UHGV virus genome: UHGV-1351982
Length of the DNA stretch: 64,000 nucleotides
DNA from: a virus
Direction: 5' to 3' (one strand)
Shown here: positions 29,278 to 40,064 of the stretch, piece after piece
How positions within the stretch are numbered: the first letter of the stretch is position 1
Layout of the letters: the number at the start of each line of letters is the position of its first letter
The notes under the pieces: model-generated
What the model was told of the DNA's origin: nothing
The model's input: the letters and a program-made list of their open reading frames with translations, nothing else
Databases searched by the model: none
Translations under genes and position numbers: made by a program

Positions 29278-32200
29278 TTAAGAATTACCAAGTGATTTCA
29301 GGGTGGTTCCATTCTCATTAAGAGCCTGTTCCACGGCATCCCTGAAAGCAGCACTATTGCTCGAAGCAAAATCTCGGAAGCTAGCCGCATCCATCGTACT
29401 GATGTTCAGCACAATAGGTCTACCCGATGTGCCTTTTGAAGATCCTTTGAGTTCATCAGTAGGGGTAGCCTTCATCGGAACCATAGGAGTGATTACTTCG
29501 GTACCATGCTCACCCATCTGGTAACTAACTCCAGGATACATATTACCACCTTCTGCACGAGGTACGAAAGAGTTAGCATTACCAATCCCTTGATCTCCTC
29601 GAATATAAGAAAGTTCACCTGCGTTAGCCGACATAGAAACGTCTACATTCTTCTGGCGCTCTCCAAGAGTTAAGTAACCCGCTGTCTCAGCACCAGAGTC
29701 TCCAATAGAAGACATACCAGATGCAGAGGATGCTTGAGCAAGAGCCATAGCACCTGCTAAACCAGCCGCAACCATCAGAGGAATAGAGAATGGATACGGA
29801 ACAGCTGTTGCTGCTTGCATCACCGCTACTGCCGTCTGGATAATGATTTGCTTCTTAGCTGCATCTTGCTGGATCTTGAGCTTTTCAGCCTCTAACTTCT
29901 TGATCTTAGCTTTGGATTGCTCAGATTTACCATCACGTTTCTGTTCTGCTGCAATAGCTGCATCAATAGCACTTACCTGTTGACCAACACTATACTGAAT
30001 CATTGAAGACACAGTTTGCATACCAGCCGCTACTAGAGAAGTGGTATCCAGAGATCCTTGTGAGAACTGGATCATAGCGTTAGTTAGGTTACCCATGCTT
30101 TGTGCTACAGCGGTTGCTTCGGAGTTCAGTTCAGACAGCTTAGAAATAGCCTGGTCATAGGACGCCATTCTATTCTGCATATCTGCGAAGTTTTTATCTT
30201 CTCCAGTTAATCCAGTAGTAGGAGTATACGTAGCCCCTACAGCCGCACCTACAGAAGACTGCATTTCTGCATCGCGCTGTACTCTTAAAGCTGCGAGCTG
30301 GGCTCTAGTTTCTGCTAGCTTTTTATTATACTCTAACTGAGCAGCAGCATTCCCTAAAGTTTTTTGCTTAAGGTCTTCGAATAGCTGGATTTGCTCCTTG
30401 ATACGTTCCGCAGCTCCCATTAAAGGATTTGCGGTAAATTTCCTTTGTTGCTCCTCTTCCCTGCCAGCAGCCATTTCCCTTTGCTGATCCTGACGGAATT
30501 TCCAGATTTCACGTTCAATTTGTGCCTGAGCACGTCTTGATTGTTCAGCTTCCTTATGCTTATCAACCTGTTTGGAGTACCATTCATACTTTTCTTTCTC
30601 GACAGTCAGTTCAAGGTTCAACTGAGCTAAACGATATTGAGTATCTGTCATAGTACGGTTATTCAGGAGAGCAATTTCACGATCAACACCAAGAATCTTA
30701 TCGGTATAGTCCTTAACCTTCTTCTGGGCTTCCATACCCTGGTTAGTAATCTTGATACGTTCTAACTGAATCTTAGCTATTTCACCTTCGATTGCTTTGT
30801 TACCTTTGTTAGTTTCTAGGACACGCTTAAGAGCTGCTTCCTGTTCTTCTAACTGTTGAATTTCCAAACGTCTACCAGCTTCCTGTGCTTTCTCTTTGTC
30901 CTTAGTCTGGTTATACACTTCGGCAATCTTCTGCTGAACTTCTAACTGATTCTTAGTCTCATTACCAGTTAATTTTACATAACCAGCAAGAGCTTGTGAA
31001 GCAGTCTTCATCTCACTAAGAGTATTATATCCTAAGTTCAGGCTCTTAACATACTCATCAGCATTTTTACCAGTACCAGCAGAAAGAGACTCAATAGTCT
31101 TAATCGTATCTGATAGGGATGCACTAGTTTTAGCCGCAGTATTAGTATTCTGAGCAATGTTCTGGATATCATTAGCTAAGTCGCTAGCAGTTTTCTTAGC
31201 TTGGTCATACGCTTTCTGCTGTTCTGTCAATCCTTTCAGAGTTGCAGAGTTAAAGTCATAAACCGCATCAGGATCATTCATATCCTTCTGCAGATTAATC
31301 TGCTTCTGAAATTCTGGATTAGCCTTAGCAGCCGCAGCACCCGCAGCTTGATATGCAGATTTCCATGCACCTAAATTATCGGTTGAATCAGTAACTTCCT
31401 TATCCAAACGTTCTACTTGGAGTGCCATAGCCGCAGTTTCAGCTACGAACTTCTTGTTTTCCTCAGAAGCACCAAGAGCCGCAGCACTTACCGGAACACC
31501 CTGAGCCACAGAACGAATTGCACCTGCAGTAAAGAAGTCAGCCTGTTCCATACGCTTGTCTAGATCAGCTTTTAACTTATTACGCTTTTCTAGAGATTCT
31601 TTATACATATCAAGAGCTTTATTATACCCTTCCTCAGAAGCGGAAAGACTTAAAGCTACAGCGCCAACGTTAGTTGGGTCAATCTGACGGTTAGTTTCTT
31701 CCTGTGCTCTAGCAGCAGAAGCTGAGATAGATGCTTGAGAAGTATAGAATACTGCGTTAATAGAATCAATTACCGGACCTAAATACTTAGCAGCAGCCTG
31801 TTGAACCTTTCTCAGTGCAGCATCAGCATTAGCAGCAAACTGTTCCCATGGAGTTGCGCGAAGTACATCATCTAGGTAGCCGAAACGTTTAGTAGATTCA
31901 GCGATTACTGCGTTAGCATATGCTTGTTGCTTCTGGAAAGTAGATAGACTATTAACGTTATATGTAATACCTGTGTTAGCAGCATTTAACTGTTTAACAT
32001 AGTCAGCATAAGCATCGTTAAGACGTATAGTAACACCAAGTTCGTCCAGAAGTTCGATTTCTTGTTTAGATACACCCTTGATTACACGGTTAAGTGCATC
32101 AGTCATATCAACACCAAGAACAGCAGCAGCACGACGAGCTACTAGACCAAATTTATTAAGTTGTTCCGCATCGAATCCATATGCAGAAGCAGAGGATGCC

Positions 32201-32958
32201 TGTCTCATTGCTTCTTCGAAGGAGATTGCGTAACCAGCAGCCTCTTGTAGAGATCTAGCTAGAGTTTGTACCGGAGTACCTGTTTGAGTACCAACAATAG
32301 TACCAAACTTCTCAAGACGGTTTAACTGGTCACCCATCTTAAGCTGTTCAAATGCAGATTGTAGAACGAACACGTTAGATGCGATAGCAGCGTACATAAG
32401 AGGTAAACCACCACCCACTTTAGCCATAGCTGCGAAGTCACGAGTAGCACCACGTGCTGAGCCAGAAGTATTACCAATTGCACGACTAGCACGTCCTGCA
32501 GCGGTAGTTGTATCATTAAAGCCTCTAGCAGTATTACCTAGGGCTCGGTTAGTATCATATAATCTATCTTGAACTTTTTCAGTTGCAGCAGCTACATCAT
32601 TACCCATCGCCTTAACAGATTTACCAACATGTGTAAATCCAGACTCTAGCTTCTCAGATACCTCGATCATAGCAAGGGCAAGATCATCTAGCTTATCACC
32701 AATACCCTCAATGGATTTAGTGATACCAGCCATACCTCTGCTAGCCTGCATTTTAGTTAGACTTTTAGCTGCTCTATCCGCCGCCCTCTCAATGGAGTAA
32801 AGAGTTTTGGGCATTTTTCCTAACTGCTCATTAGTCAGTTCGGAAGCGGCAGCAGCATTTTCTAACGCATCGGAAACGTTCTCAATAGATTTTGCAGTAC
32901 GGGTTGCCCCTTTCTGCTTTACATCTATAAGTAGTTCTCGTATTAGCTTATCAGTCAT
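29278..32958 (-). CDS. tail tape measure protein (T5 pb2-like)
   Basis: 1226 aa; long Ala/Gln/Lys-rich coiled-coil; largest tail gene; flanked by terminators. Confidence 0.85.
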   Translation of the reverse strand: MTDKLIRELLIDVKQKGATRTAKSIENVSDALENAAAASELTNEQLGKMPKTLYSIERAADRAAKSLTKMQASRGMAGITKSIEGIGDKLDDLALAMIEVSEKLESGFTHVGKSVKAMGNDVAAATEKVQDRLYDTNRALGNTARGFNDTTTAAGRASRAIGNTSGSARGATRDFAAMAKVGGGLPLMYAAIASNVFVLQSAFEQLKMGDQLNRLEKFGTIVGTQTGTPVQTLARSLQEAAGYAISFEEAMRQASSASAYGFDAEQLNKFGLVARRAAAVLGVDMTDALNRVIKGVSKQEIELLDELGVTIRLNDAYADYVKQLNAANTGITYNVNSLSTFQKQQAYANAVIAESTKRFGYLDDVLRATPWEQFAANADAALRKVQQAAAKYLGPVIDSINAVFYTSQASISASAARAQEETNRQIDPTNVGAVALSLSASEEGYNKALDMYKESLEKRNKLKADLDKRMEQADFFTAGAIRSVAQGVPVSAAALGASEENKKFVAETAAMALQVERLDKEVTDSTDNLGAWKSAYQAAGAAAAKANPEFQKQINLQKDMNDPDAVYDFNSATLKGLTEQQKAYDQAKKTASDLANDIQNIAQNTNTAAKTSASLSDTIKTIESLSAGTGKNADEYVKSLNLGYNTLSEMKTASQALAGYVKLTGNETKNQLEVQQKIAEVYNQTKDKEKAQEAGRRLEIQQLEEQEAALKRVLETNKGNKAIEGEIAKIQLERIKITNQGMEAQKKVKDYTDKILGVDREIALLNNRTMTDTQYRLAQLNLELTVEKEKYEWYSKQVDKHKEAEQSRRAQAQIEREIWKFRQDQQREMAAGREEEQQRKFTANPLMGAAERIKEQIQLFEDLKQKTLGNAAAQLEYNKKLAETRAQLAALRVQRDAEMQSSVGAAVGATYTPTTGLTGEDKNFADMQNRMASYDQAISKLSELNSEATAVAQSMGNLTNAMIQFSQGSLDTTSLVAAGMQTVSSMIQYSVGQQVSAIDAAIAAEQKRDGKSEQSKAKIKKLEAEKLKIQQDAAKKQIIIQTAVAVMQAATAVPYPFSIPLMVAAGLAGAMALAQASSASGMSSIGDSGAETAGYLTLGERQKNVDVSMSANAGELSYIRGDQGIGNANSFVPRAEGGNMYPGVSYQMGEHGTEVITPMVPMKATPTDELKGSSKGTSGRPIVLNISTMDAASFRDFASSNSAAFRDAVEQALNENGTTLKSLGNS

Positions 32959-33003
32959 TTATTTTTCCCAATAAAAAAGGCTCTGGGCAAATCACCCAGA
33001 GCC
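32956..33003 (-). terminator. intrinsic terminator (- strand) plus conserved 25-mer leader
   Basis: Hairpin GGCTCTGGG-CAAATCA-CCCAGAGCC followed on the - strand by TTTTTTATTGGGAAAAATAAATG, which includes the tape measure start codon. Confidence 0.65.
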
Positions 33004-33038
33004 AAGCCTCATCGTGGAACGCCCATTGGAGGAAACTT

Positions 33039-33407
33039 TTACTGAGCTCGAGATCTAGCATGCGGTTTAATGTTCGGAGTACGACCATTAGGTTTACTAT
33101 GCTTCTCGGCTCTCTTACGAGCTGCATCTACAGCTTTCGAATCAAATATATTGATTATGTGTAGAACAAACTCTTTCTCTATGGGATCAGTAATCCCATA
33201 GATATCAAATAAAACACCTAATGCACTTTTGTCTTTTCCTATAAATATAGGAAAATCGCCTGGTATGAAGCAGTCAATAAGACTATTATAAATATTCATA
33301 CTAGTAGATACAATAGGTGGAAAATCTTCGAGTTCAACAGGCATTGCCTTAGGATCAGGTTCAATACCAAGTGACTCACAAAGCATTAAATATTGTTGTT
33401 TTGTCAT
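33039..33407 (-). CDS. putative tail assembly chaperone
   Basis: 122 aa ORF immediately upstream (in transcript order) of the tape measure gene. Confidence 0.5.
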   Translation of the reverse strand: MTKQQYLMLCESLGIEPDPKAMPVELEDFPPIVSTSMNIYNSLIDCFIPGDFPIFIGKDKSALGVLFDIYGITDPIEKEFVLHIINIFDSKAVDAARKRAEKHSKPNGRTPNIKPHARSRAQ

Positions 33408-33468
33408 TTTAGATGCCGAGGATTTAATGCATTTATCAGCAAAATCGGCAACAGCATCTAGTAACTGC

Positions 33469-33873
33469 TTACGCTTTTGAGCTACGAAAAGTGTCTAAGT
33501 GGAACACTGTCTGGTTGATCCAAGAATCAAACGCAGCAGAGTTCTGCATAAGCATGATAGCGTTATCGCGACTAAATGGAACTTCAGTAGTAGGATCAGC
33601 CTCAGTTTCGATAAGCATCAGCTTCTCAACATCTCCAATCGTCAAGCCAGTCCAGCCAGCAATTGCAGTATCAACGAAAGCTTCAATAAACTTATCATCA
33701 TCCTGAACCTGAATCATAGTACCGTTAACCCACTCGTCACGCTTAGCGGAAGAGATAACACGCTTAGACGCAGCACGAGACATGTAGTTCAGTTGCAGCT
33801 TGAAGTTAGGCATACCTGGGTAAGCCAGCTCAATAGTACGAGTTTCAAGGGTAATATCTTTTAAATTGATCAT
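33469..33873 (-). CDS. tail protein (hypothetical)
   Basis: 134 aa ORF between tail tube and tape measure genes. Confidence 0.5.
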   Translation of the reverse strand: MINLKDITLETRTIELAYPGMPNFKLQLNYMSRAASKRVISSAKRDEWVNGTMIQVQDDDKFIEAFVDTAIAGWTGLTIGDVEKLMLIETEADPTTEVPFSRDNAIMLMQNSAAFDSWINQTVFHLDTFRSSKA

Positions 33874-34769
33874 TTCTTTATTTCTCCAAAGAAGTCGATT
33901 CTTACCGGATCAGAGTCTGCAGTAGGGATTACATCCCATTCAACTCTGTATATATCCGAGAATTGTAGGCGTTTTGTTATACGTGCTGAAGGAAAATCAA
34001 TCGAAATATGTTCATTTCGGATGGTTAATGGTATGTCAGTTTCGGGTTCAATATTATAAAACATATCGCCAGCAAATCGCTTGGTGTAGTAAAATGCAAT
34101 TGTTGCCGAAGCATTCATTTCATTAACATAAGCTCTCTTATTATTATATATTTTGTTTATGTCAAATACGCTTTTATCTTCTCTCCAAGAACATTGTTGC
34201 TGGAATGACATAGAAGCGGATAAAAGAGCCGGTAAAACGTTACTGTTAGTAGATACTCTAGGAGGACTATATGACATAACTTCACCCTGAACAATAGAAC
34301 CAGCAGGAGTAAAAGTAGACACCTCAGAGAACTTACCAGATTCAATTCCTACGTTTAGAATAGGAACGCTTTTATCTAGAGAAAAGTCTACAGTAGATAC
34401 ATAGCAATTCTCAAAATACACACAGTTATTATCTTTATTAACTATGTATATATTAAACATTGTTGGCTCAATATTTGTACTATAAAGTGGTAGTAGGAAT
34501 GTGTTACCCTCTCGGTCAAAGCCCATCCATTCAAAGAAGTTAGCTTCAGTAAGGGTATTACTAAAATTTATAGCCAGCGATATTGAAGATGGAGTTTGTG
34601 CATTAATAATAGAGTCAGCATAGTTGGTTCTACGATGTATAGTCCTACGAAGAGTTTTAAATTCCTCATAGGACGTATTGATATCGTAATTTGACAGGGC
34701 ATCAAAATGATAAGCCCTGCCATCGTACTCAACTATAACTTTTGACTCCCTCATTAGAGAGTAGTACAT
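33870..34769 (-). CDS. tail protein (T5 p140-like)
   Basis: 299 aa; position after the tail tube gene. Confidence 0.55.
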   Translation of the reverse strand: MYYSLMRESKVIVEYDGRAYHFDALSNYDINTSYEEFKTLRRTIHRRTNYADSIINAQTPSSISLAINFSNTLTEANFFEWMGFDREGNTFLLPLYSTNIEPTMFNIYIVNKDNNCVYFENCYVSTVDFSLDKSVPILNVGIESGKFSEVSTFTPAGSIVQGEVMSYSPPRVSTNSNVLPALLSASMSFQQQCSWREDKSVFDINKIYNNKRAYVNEMNASATIAFYYTKRFAGDMFYNIEPETDIPLTIRNEHISIDFPSARITKRLQFSDIYRVEWDVIPTADSDPVRIDFFGEIKK

Positions 34770-34773
34770 TTAA

Positions 34774-36183
34774 TTAGCCACCAGAAGCAGTAACTGTAAT
34801 GCTCTTAGTACCTTCTACACCAGAACCATCTTTAGCTACAGCTTTCACAGTAACTGCACCAGTCTTAGAAGCATCAGCGGTTAGTAACCCAGAAGTTGCA
34901 TCAATAGTGGCAGCAGTACCAGAGGAAATAGACCAAGTTACTTCCTTATTAGTAGCTTCAGCAGGTAAAACATCTACAGTCATCTGAAGAGTTGCACTAT
35001 TCTTGACGGAAGTTGCATCACCCGCAGATTTAACAGTAATACCTGTTACTTTTACTGGAGCTGCTTTACCACCGTCACCAGTTGCAATCAGATTTGCAAT
35101 AGTAGCTTTGGTGTACTTATTAGAGAAACCAAGATAACCTTCATCACCAGTATCCAGATCAGTAGGAATTGCTTTGAACTCTACAGAAGTACCAAGTACA
35201 TCGTCAGTCTCAATAGTTGGGATGTTTACGTGGGCTTGCTTAGCAACCAGAACAGCAGCAGGGCGCTCATCATCATATTCACCCCCAAGTACTAGAGCGA
35301 TTTCGAAACGGTTAACTACTTTCAGGGTCTTAATTAGATCTTTGTACAGATCCATAGAACCTAGAGCTTTATCGTTAAGATAAGCAGTTAGAGAACCAGT
35401 TAGTTCGAATGCACCAGTAAATGAACCGATTGGGATGTTAACACGGGACATAACGTTCGGAGTCAGGTAGGTGATGTTGTTGTTGATTGTAAAACTACCA
35501 CCAGTGATCGGAATGTCATATGCCTTACCAGTATCCATATCCTTAATTTTGAGGATAGTCAGTTTGTTCTTGATATAAGAACCCTGGATAGTCATGTAAG
35601 TTTCATCATCAATACCTACAGTATCAGGATCAAATGGAGCAGCATCCAGAGGGATCAGCTGGTTACCATTACCTGACCAAGTTACACGACCGATATCTTC
35701 GATATCAACGTTTACTTCAGCCTGGTTGATCTGGCAGGAATCGATGTAGCTCCATGCTTTATCAGTAAGGATGTAAATATGTAGCATTGCCAGTTCGTGG
35801 TATGCGTTATCCTTAAAGTTAACCATGAAGTTAGTTTCGTTAGTGTGTGCACCTGTATCACCATCTAGGTTGATAGGCTTACCACTAGAAAGAGCATGCC
35901 ACAGCATGTAGTCCGGAACGATCTGCTTACTCGTAGTCTTGTCTAAGTAAGGCAGGATGTAAGTAGAGAAACTCCACTCAGCTGCGTTCAGGGAGTCGTT
36001 GAAACGTTTTGAACCACGAGTTGGACGCGGACCAGCTTCGTTAACAGTAATATCGGTTGAGTTACTGTCCTGACCCCAAGAAATATCATCTTGAACTAGA
36101 ATCTCTTGCGTGTTTTCTTTGGTGTGACCAGACTTAACCGTAGACACGAAGATTCGAGTATTACGTAATAGTTGTAAAGACAT
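34774..36183 (-). CDS. tail tube protein (T5 pb6-like) with C-terminal Ig-like domain
   Basis: 469 aa (T5 pb6 recalled as ~464 aa); C-terminal Big_2-like segment (VTGITVKSAGDATSVKNSATLQMTVDVLPAEATNKEVTWS). Confidence 0.8.
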   Translation of the reverse strand: MSLQLLRNTRIFVSTVKSGHTKENTQEILVQDDISWGQDSNSTDITVNEAGPRPTRGSKRFNDSLNAAEWSFSTYILPYLDKTTSKQIVPDYMLWHALSSGKPINLDGDTGAHTNETNFMVNFKDNAYHELAMLHIYILTDKAWSYIDSCQINQAEVNVDIEDIGRVTWSGNGNQLIPLDAAPFDPDTVGIDDETYMTIQGSYIKNKLTILKIKDMDTGKAYDIPITGGSFTINNNITYLTPNVMSRVNIPIGSFTGAFELTGSLTAYLNDKALGSMDLYKDLIKTLKVVNRFEIALVLGGEYDDERPAAVLVAKQAHVNIPTIETDDVLGTSVEFKAIPTDLDTGDEGYLGFSNKYTKATIANLIATGDGGKAAPVKVTGITVKSAGDATSVKNSATLQMTVDVLPAEATNKEVTWSISSGTAATIDATSGLLTADASKTGAVTVKAVAKDGSGVEGTKSITVTASGG

Positions 36184-36209
36184 TTATATATATTCTCCTA
36201 ATCTGTAAC

Positions 36210-36695
36210 TTATCTGCGTAATGCACGCTTAGGTGGCATATAACGCACTGTTACATTTATTTCCGCTAAACCATATGGGGCCAGTAGACCTTCATCTGTA
36301 GCTACTGAGGTGATGTTCATATCAGTTGCCTCACATGGGAAGGTCGATCCATTAGGTTTACTAACAGTATATTCTAAATTTCCACCTGTGTCAATGACGG
36401 TTTTTATGTCAGCTACGAGTTTTTCAAGTTGCTCTTGAATATCTGTTTTCTCTTTGTCATACACGAGGATTGGAAGTTCTAAAAACATCCACTGTTGGCC
36501 TGAAGGAAGATACTGCCCAGTTTCAGTTCCGATATGGACTGCCACATAAGGAAATTCTCGGATTTCCTCAAATTTATAAGTTTGACGAGAAACGTTTCCA
36601 TAAAGGTTATTGAAATACTCGTCAGGTTGTGAACCATCCATTTGTGTGGCGATTCGGTCAACCACTGCTTGTGCAATACTTGTTCTGTGATCCAT
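36210..36695 (-). CDS. tail completion / terminator protein (putative)
   Basis: 161 aa ORF between neck genes and tail tube gene. Confidence 0.5.
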   Translation of the reverse strand: MDHRTSIAQAVVDRIATQMDGSQPDEYFNNLYGNVSRQTYKFEEIREFPYVAVHIGTETGQYLPSGQQWMFLELPILVYDKEKTDIQEQLEKLVADIKTVIDTGGNLEYTVSKPNGSTFPCEATDMNITSVATDEGLLAPYGLAEINVTVRYMPPKRALRR

Positions 36696-36698
36696 TTA

Positions 36699-37466
36699 TT
36701 AGGTTCCTTGATTAACCTTGATTTTATATCTAGAATGAATCAGGTCTCTTGCAGCTTTTGCGATTGCTTCCCCAATAAGTTTTTGAGGGTTTCGAGCGCC
36801 AGGGTAAGGTCGTAGAGAAAGTCTTCGATATGTAGAAACTGCGGGGTTGAACACAGAATAAGGACGAACCATATAATTATACGTCACATTCAGCTCTGGA
36901 GCACCTTTACTAGTTTCTGCATCACGTAGCATAACGTCTTTAATCTTTAAGGAGTTAGCAAAGCGACCAGTTCTGAACTTCAATGGTGCTCCTGCTTTTT
37001 TCATATCCTTGATTAAGTATTCCTTAGCTACTATCTCAAGAATAGCACGCATGTTACTATTCGATACGAAACGACCGGAAGCACCTGTTACTGCACCAGA
37101 ATAGCCATCTTCAGTATCTCTAGGATCTCCAAAGTTTACCTGAACTCTACCGGTAGAACGTTTTTTACCAACAGCAGAACGTTTACCTGCGGTTGCTTGA
37201 ATTAGATTCTCTAGAGCACCTAAATCACCAGAAAGATCTAAGTTAGAAGAGACGGCCTTCAATATAGATGCTGTCCTAACATTTAATAAGTCTTGAGATA
37301 CTGGTTTTGAGAATTTGAAAGATACCTGTGCAACTGTACCATCTCTTGTAGGATCTTTCAAACCTGTCTCAACTGTATACACAACAGTATTCTTATTATT
37401 CTCAGATCGTCCTGCAGTATCTAGCTGCTCTTTAATAATTTGTCTAGCTAGATCAGAAAGAGCCAT
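36699..37466 (-). CDS. head-tail joining protein (putative)
   Basis: 255 aa ORF in neck gene position. Confidence 0.5.
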   Translation of the reverse strand: MALSDLARQIIKEQLDTAGRSENNKNTVVYTVETGLKDPTRDGTVAQVSFKFSKPVSQDLLNVRTASILKAVSSNLDLSGDLGALENLIQATAGKRSAVGKKRSTGRVQVNFGDPRDTEDGYSGAVTGASGRFVSNSNMRAILEIVAKEYLIKDMKKAGAPLKFRTGRFANSLKIKDVMLRDAETSKGAPELNVTYNYMVRPYSVFNPAVSTYRRLSLRPYPGARNPQKLIGEAIAKAARDLIHSRYKIKVNQGT

Positions 37467-37978
37467 TACACTCTCCTATAGACTTCGATGATTGTACGAA
37501 TATGCTCTGGAATACCAGACTTAGTATTGTTAAACGTAACTGTCTCACCACCAATAGTCTTGGCTTGACGATAATCTTGCTTATGCCAGTGATCTACTAA
37601 CAGACATGCTGCCAGTTTAAGATCTTCAGGCATTGGATTGAAACCACCTTGAGTATACTCTACATCCATGTATCCTTCAGGAGGATTAAACTTAAGGAGA
37701 ATAACACCATCAGGATACAGTTTAAACTGTTCCGGGTCTATTTCATTCTCGTTAATAGTCATCTTTGTAATAGATGTGGCTGAGGGAGAACTCAGAAAAT
37801 ATTTTCTGCGAGTAGGTTTTGTGTTGATTAGCTGATCTATCGCATCCGCATCATCCATACCTAAAAGGCTAGTAATCAGCGTATTGGCAGCCTTAATCAT
37901 CATGTCTACTCCAGATTCGATTTCAGGTCGTTTTAGGCTACCGTATAGTCTATAATCTTCAGCTGTGATGATTTGCAT
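37466..37978 (-). CDS. head completion protein (putative)
   Basis: 170 aa ORF immediately downstream of the major capsid gene. Confidence 0.5.
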   Translation of the reverse strand: MQIITAEDYRLYGSLKRPEIESGVDMMIKAANTLITSLLGMDDADAIDQLINTKPTRRKYFLSSPSATSITKMTINENEIDPEQFKLYPDGVILLKFNPPEGYMDVEYTQGGFNPMPEDLKLAACLLVDHWHKQDYRQAKTIGGETVTFNNTKSGIPEHIRTIIEVYRRV

Positions 37979-38018
37979 TTATTTTTCCCAATAAAAAAGG
38001 AGAGCCGAAGCTCTCCTT
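37976..38018 (-). terminator. intrinsic terminator (- strand) after major capsid gene plus conserved 25-mer leader
   Basis: Hairpin AGGAGAGC-CGAA-GCTCTCCT followed on the - strand by the same TTTTTTATTGGGAAAAATAAATG. Confidence 0.7.
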
Positions 38019-38037
38019 ATCGGCTGAAAAGCCTGTA

Positions 38038-39411
38038 TTAAGCAGCGTAAGCACCAGATACAACGCCGTTTTCGAAGTAACGTTGCAGGTTAACACGCTG
38101 AGTAACGTAGTATGCGTCACGCTGTTTTCCAGCTTGGCGCTCACGTTCAACAGTAACAGCACGCTGACGCGGCATTACGAAGTTATCTTTGTAAACAATA
38201 ACTGCGAATTCAGCGGAAGCAGCTTTAGCTGGGAAGTACTCAGAAACTACAACCGGTAGACCGTAAATACGACCAACCTGACCCTGCAGTTTAACAGCAT
38301 CATTACCAACCTGGGCAACATCCTGCCATTCTTCATCTTCCAGCAGATCGTAGTAAGCATCCATAGATACGATCAGTACCAGTTTACTCAGTTTCAAACC
38401 ATGACGGCCCAGTTTACGACGCAGCTTGGAGATAGTCTTAGCAGTTACCAGAACAGAACCGTCAGCTTTAGCTTCGGTAACAACCTTAGCACCATCATCA
38501 GCAGCCAGTTTCAGCAGACCCTTAGGCTGACCAGTACCATTACCAGACATGAAAGCTTCTTCGATAGAAACAGCGTGTGCTTCGATCAGACGCTTACGCA
38601 GCAGAGGCAGCAGGGAGAAGATTGCATCTTCTTCAGTTTCATCAGTGATGAAGGATTTAGCAGCCAGCTTGTAAGTTTTGAAGCTGATTTCAGTCAGTTG
38701 ACCTTTAACTTCGTCACCAACAGTTTCGTCAGTACCGAATTTGGAAGCGTCTACCCAAGTAGCACGACCAGCTTCTGGTTCAACGAGCATAGTAAGAATT
38801 TTGCTGGACATTGGCAGTTCATCGAACAGTGCACCAACTACCAGTTCCTTCTGCAGGTCACGGATAATACGGGTAGAGAAGATAGTTTCGTATGCTTCGC
38901 TAGACATGGAAACGGAAGAAGAACCGTTAACAGCTTTAACGTGAGCCTTACCATGTTCAGTTTCGAATACGTCCTTCTCCATCATATAAGACAGAAGAAC
39001 CAGTTTCTCAACTTCATCCTCGAAAGCATCCTGAGTGCCATAAAGAGCTTTAGCTACGCTATCACCAACGAAGGAACGACCTTCACGAGCTGCCAACAGA
39101 GACTTGATTTCGTCCTGAAGACCAACGATGGTTTCCTGTTGCTTTTCTACAGTCTGTGCAAACAATTCTGCGCTCTTCTTAGACTTCTCGTCCAGGTTCT
39201 TAACCAGATCCAGAGCTTCTTCCAGACGCTTACGGTCTTCACCAACAGCTTTAGATACTAGGTCGTTCATACGAGCCAGTTCTTTTTCTTCCTGCTCTTC
39301 ACGCAGACGCTTAGCTTCCGCAGCTTTCTGAGCAGCAGTCAGACCTTCCAGAGATTTAGCCAGATCACCCAGACCAAGTTCTTCCTTCAGCTTATTAATA
39401 TCAATAGTCAT
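38038..39411 (-). CDS. major capsid protein (T5 pb8-like)
   Basis: 457 aa (T5 pb8 recalled as 458 aa); host-optimal codon usage; follows protease gene; intrinsic terminator downstream. Confidence 0.85.
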   Translation of the reverse strand: MTIDINKLKEELGLGDLAKSLEGLTAAQKAAEAKRLREEQEEKELARMNDLVSKAVGEDRKRLEEALDLVKNLDEKSKKSAELFAQTVEKQQETIVGLQDEIKSLLAAREGRSFVGDSVAKALYGTQDAFEDEVEKLVLLSYMMEKDVFETEHGKAHVKAVNGSSSVSMSSEAYETIFSTRIIRDLQKELVVGALFDELPMSSKILTMLVEPEAGRATWVDASKFGTDETVGDEVKGQLTEISFKTYKLAAKSFITDETEEDAIFSLLPLLRKRLIEAHAVSIEEAFMSGNGTGQPKGLLKLAADDGAKVVTEAKADGSVLVTAKTISKLRRKLGRHGLKLSKLVLIVSMDAYYDLLEDEEWQDVAQVGNDAVKLQGQVGRIYGLPVVVSEYFPAKAASAEFAVIVYKDNFVMPRQRAVTVERERQAGKQRDAYYVTQRVNLQRYFENGVVSGAYAA

Positions 39412-39428
39412 TTTTAAATAATTCTCCG

Positions 39429-40061
39429 TTATTCTTTAACGTAGCCTAAAGCTATCGCAAGTTTTTCTAGTTCAGAAAGATTACGTTCTTGAGCTGGGAC
39501 AGCCTTAGAACTTGTTGCAGTAAAAGATTTGCGCCATTCAGTGTAATCGTGGCCATTCATACTCTTAGCGAGGTTGAACGTTGAGTCCTGATTACAAGGT
39601 ACAGAAACTACCGAAACTTCGTATAGTTCTAAATCTTTAATAATAAATATGTCAGTAGCTTCATCCCATTCTGCGTCTAGGCAGCGGAATCCGATACTGA
39701 AGGTTTTCAGTACACCGTTTTTAATTAGTGAGAAGATAGCTGGATCAGAACTTTCATAAATCTCGCATTCAATTTCGAGACCCATTTCAGTAGGGTTAAG
39801 ATCAATACACTTGCCGATTGGACGACGATGGTCGTGGCCGAAAAGAATAATCGGGTTTTTCATGTAGTTAGCAAGTGCATTAGACGTTTTCCATGCCGAA
39901 GCAGGAATTACGTCACCAGCGCGATCTTTACTAATTGTATTAGCGAATCCACGGATTTTTACAACACCCTCTTTGGATTCGCTATCAATAGACTTAATGT
40001 AAGCGTCTAAATGAACCGGTGCTGATTTTAACTTGTTATAGTCAATAGCAGCATTTGTCAT
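39429..40061 (-). CDS. prohead protease (T5 pb11-like)
   Basis: 210 aa, matching T5 pb11 size; located between decoration and capsid genes. Confidence 0.7.
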   Translation of the reverse strand: MTNAAIDYNKLKSAPVHLDAYIKSIDSESKEGVVKIRGFANTISKDRAGDVIPASAWKTSNALANYMKNPIILFGHDHRRPIGKCIDLNPTEMGLEIECEIYESSDPAIFSLIKNGVLKTFSIGFRCLDAEWDEATDIFIIKDLELYEVSVVSVPCNQDSTFNLAKSMNGHDYTEWRKSFTATSSKAVPAQERNLSELEKLAIALGYVKE

Positions 40062-40064
40062 TTA

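Noticed and set aside
38401-39261. Long + strand ORF (286 aa) inside the major capsid gene
   Set aside because: Antisense shadow ORF of a high-codon-bias gene; Ser/Phe-rich, no RBS or promoter.
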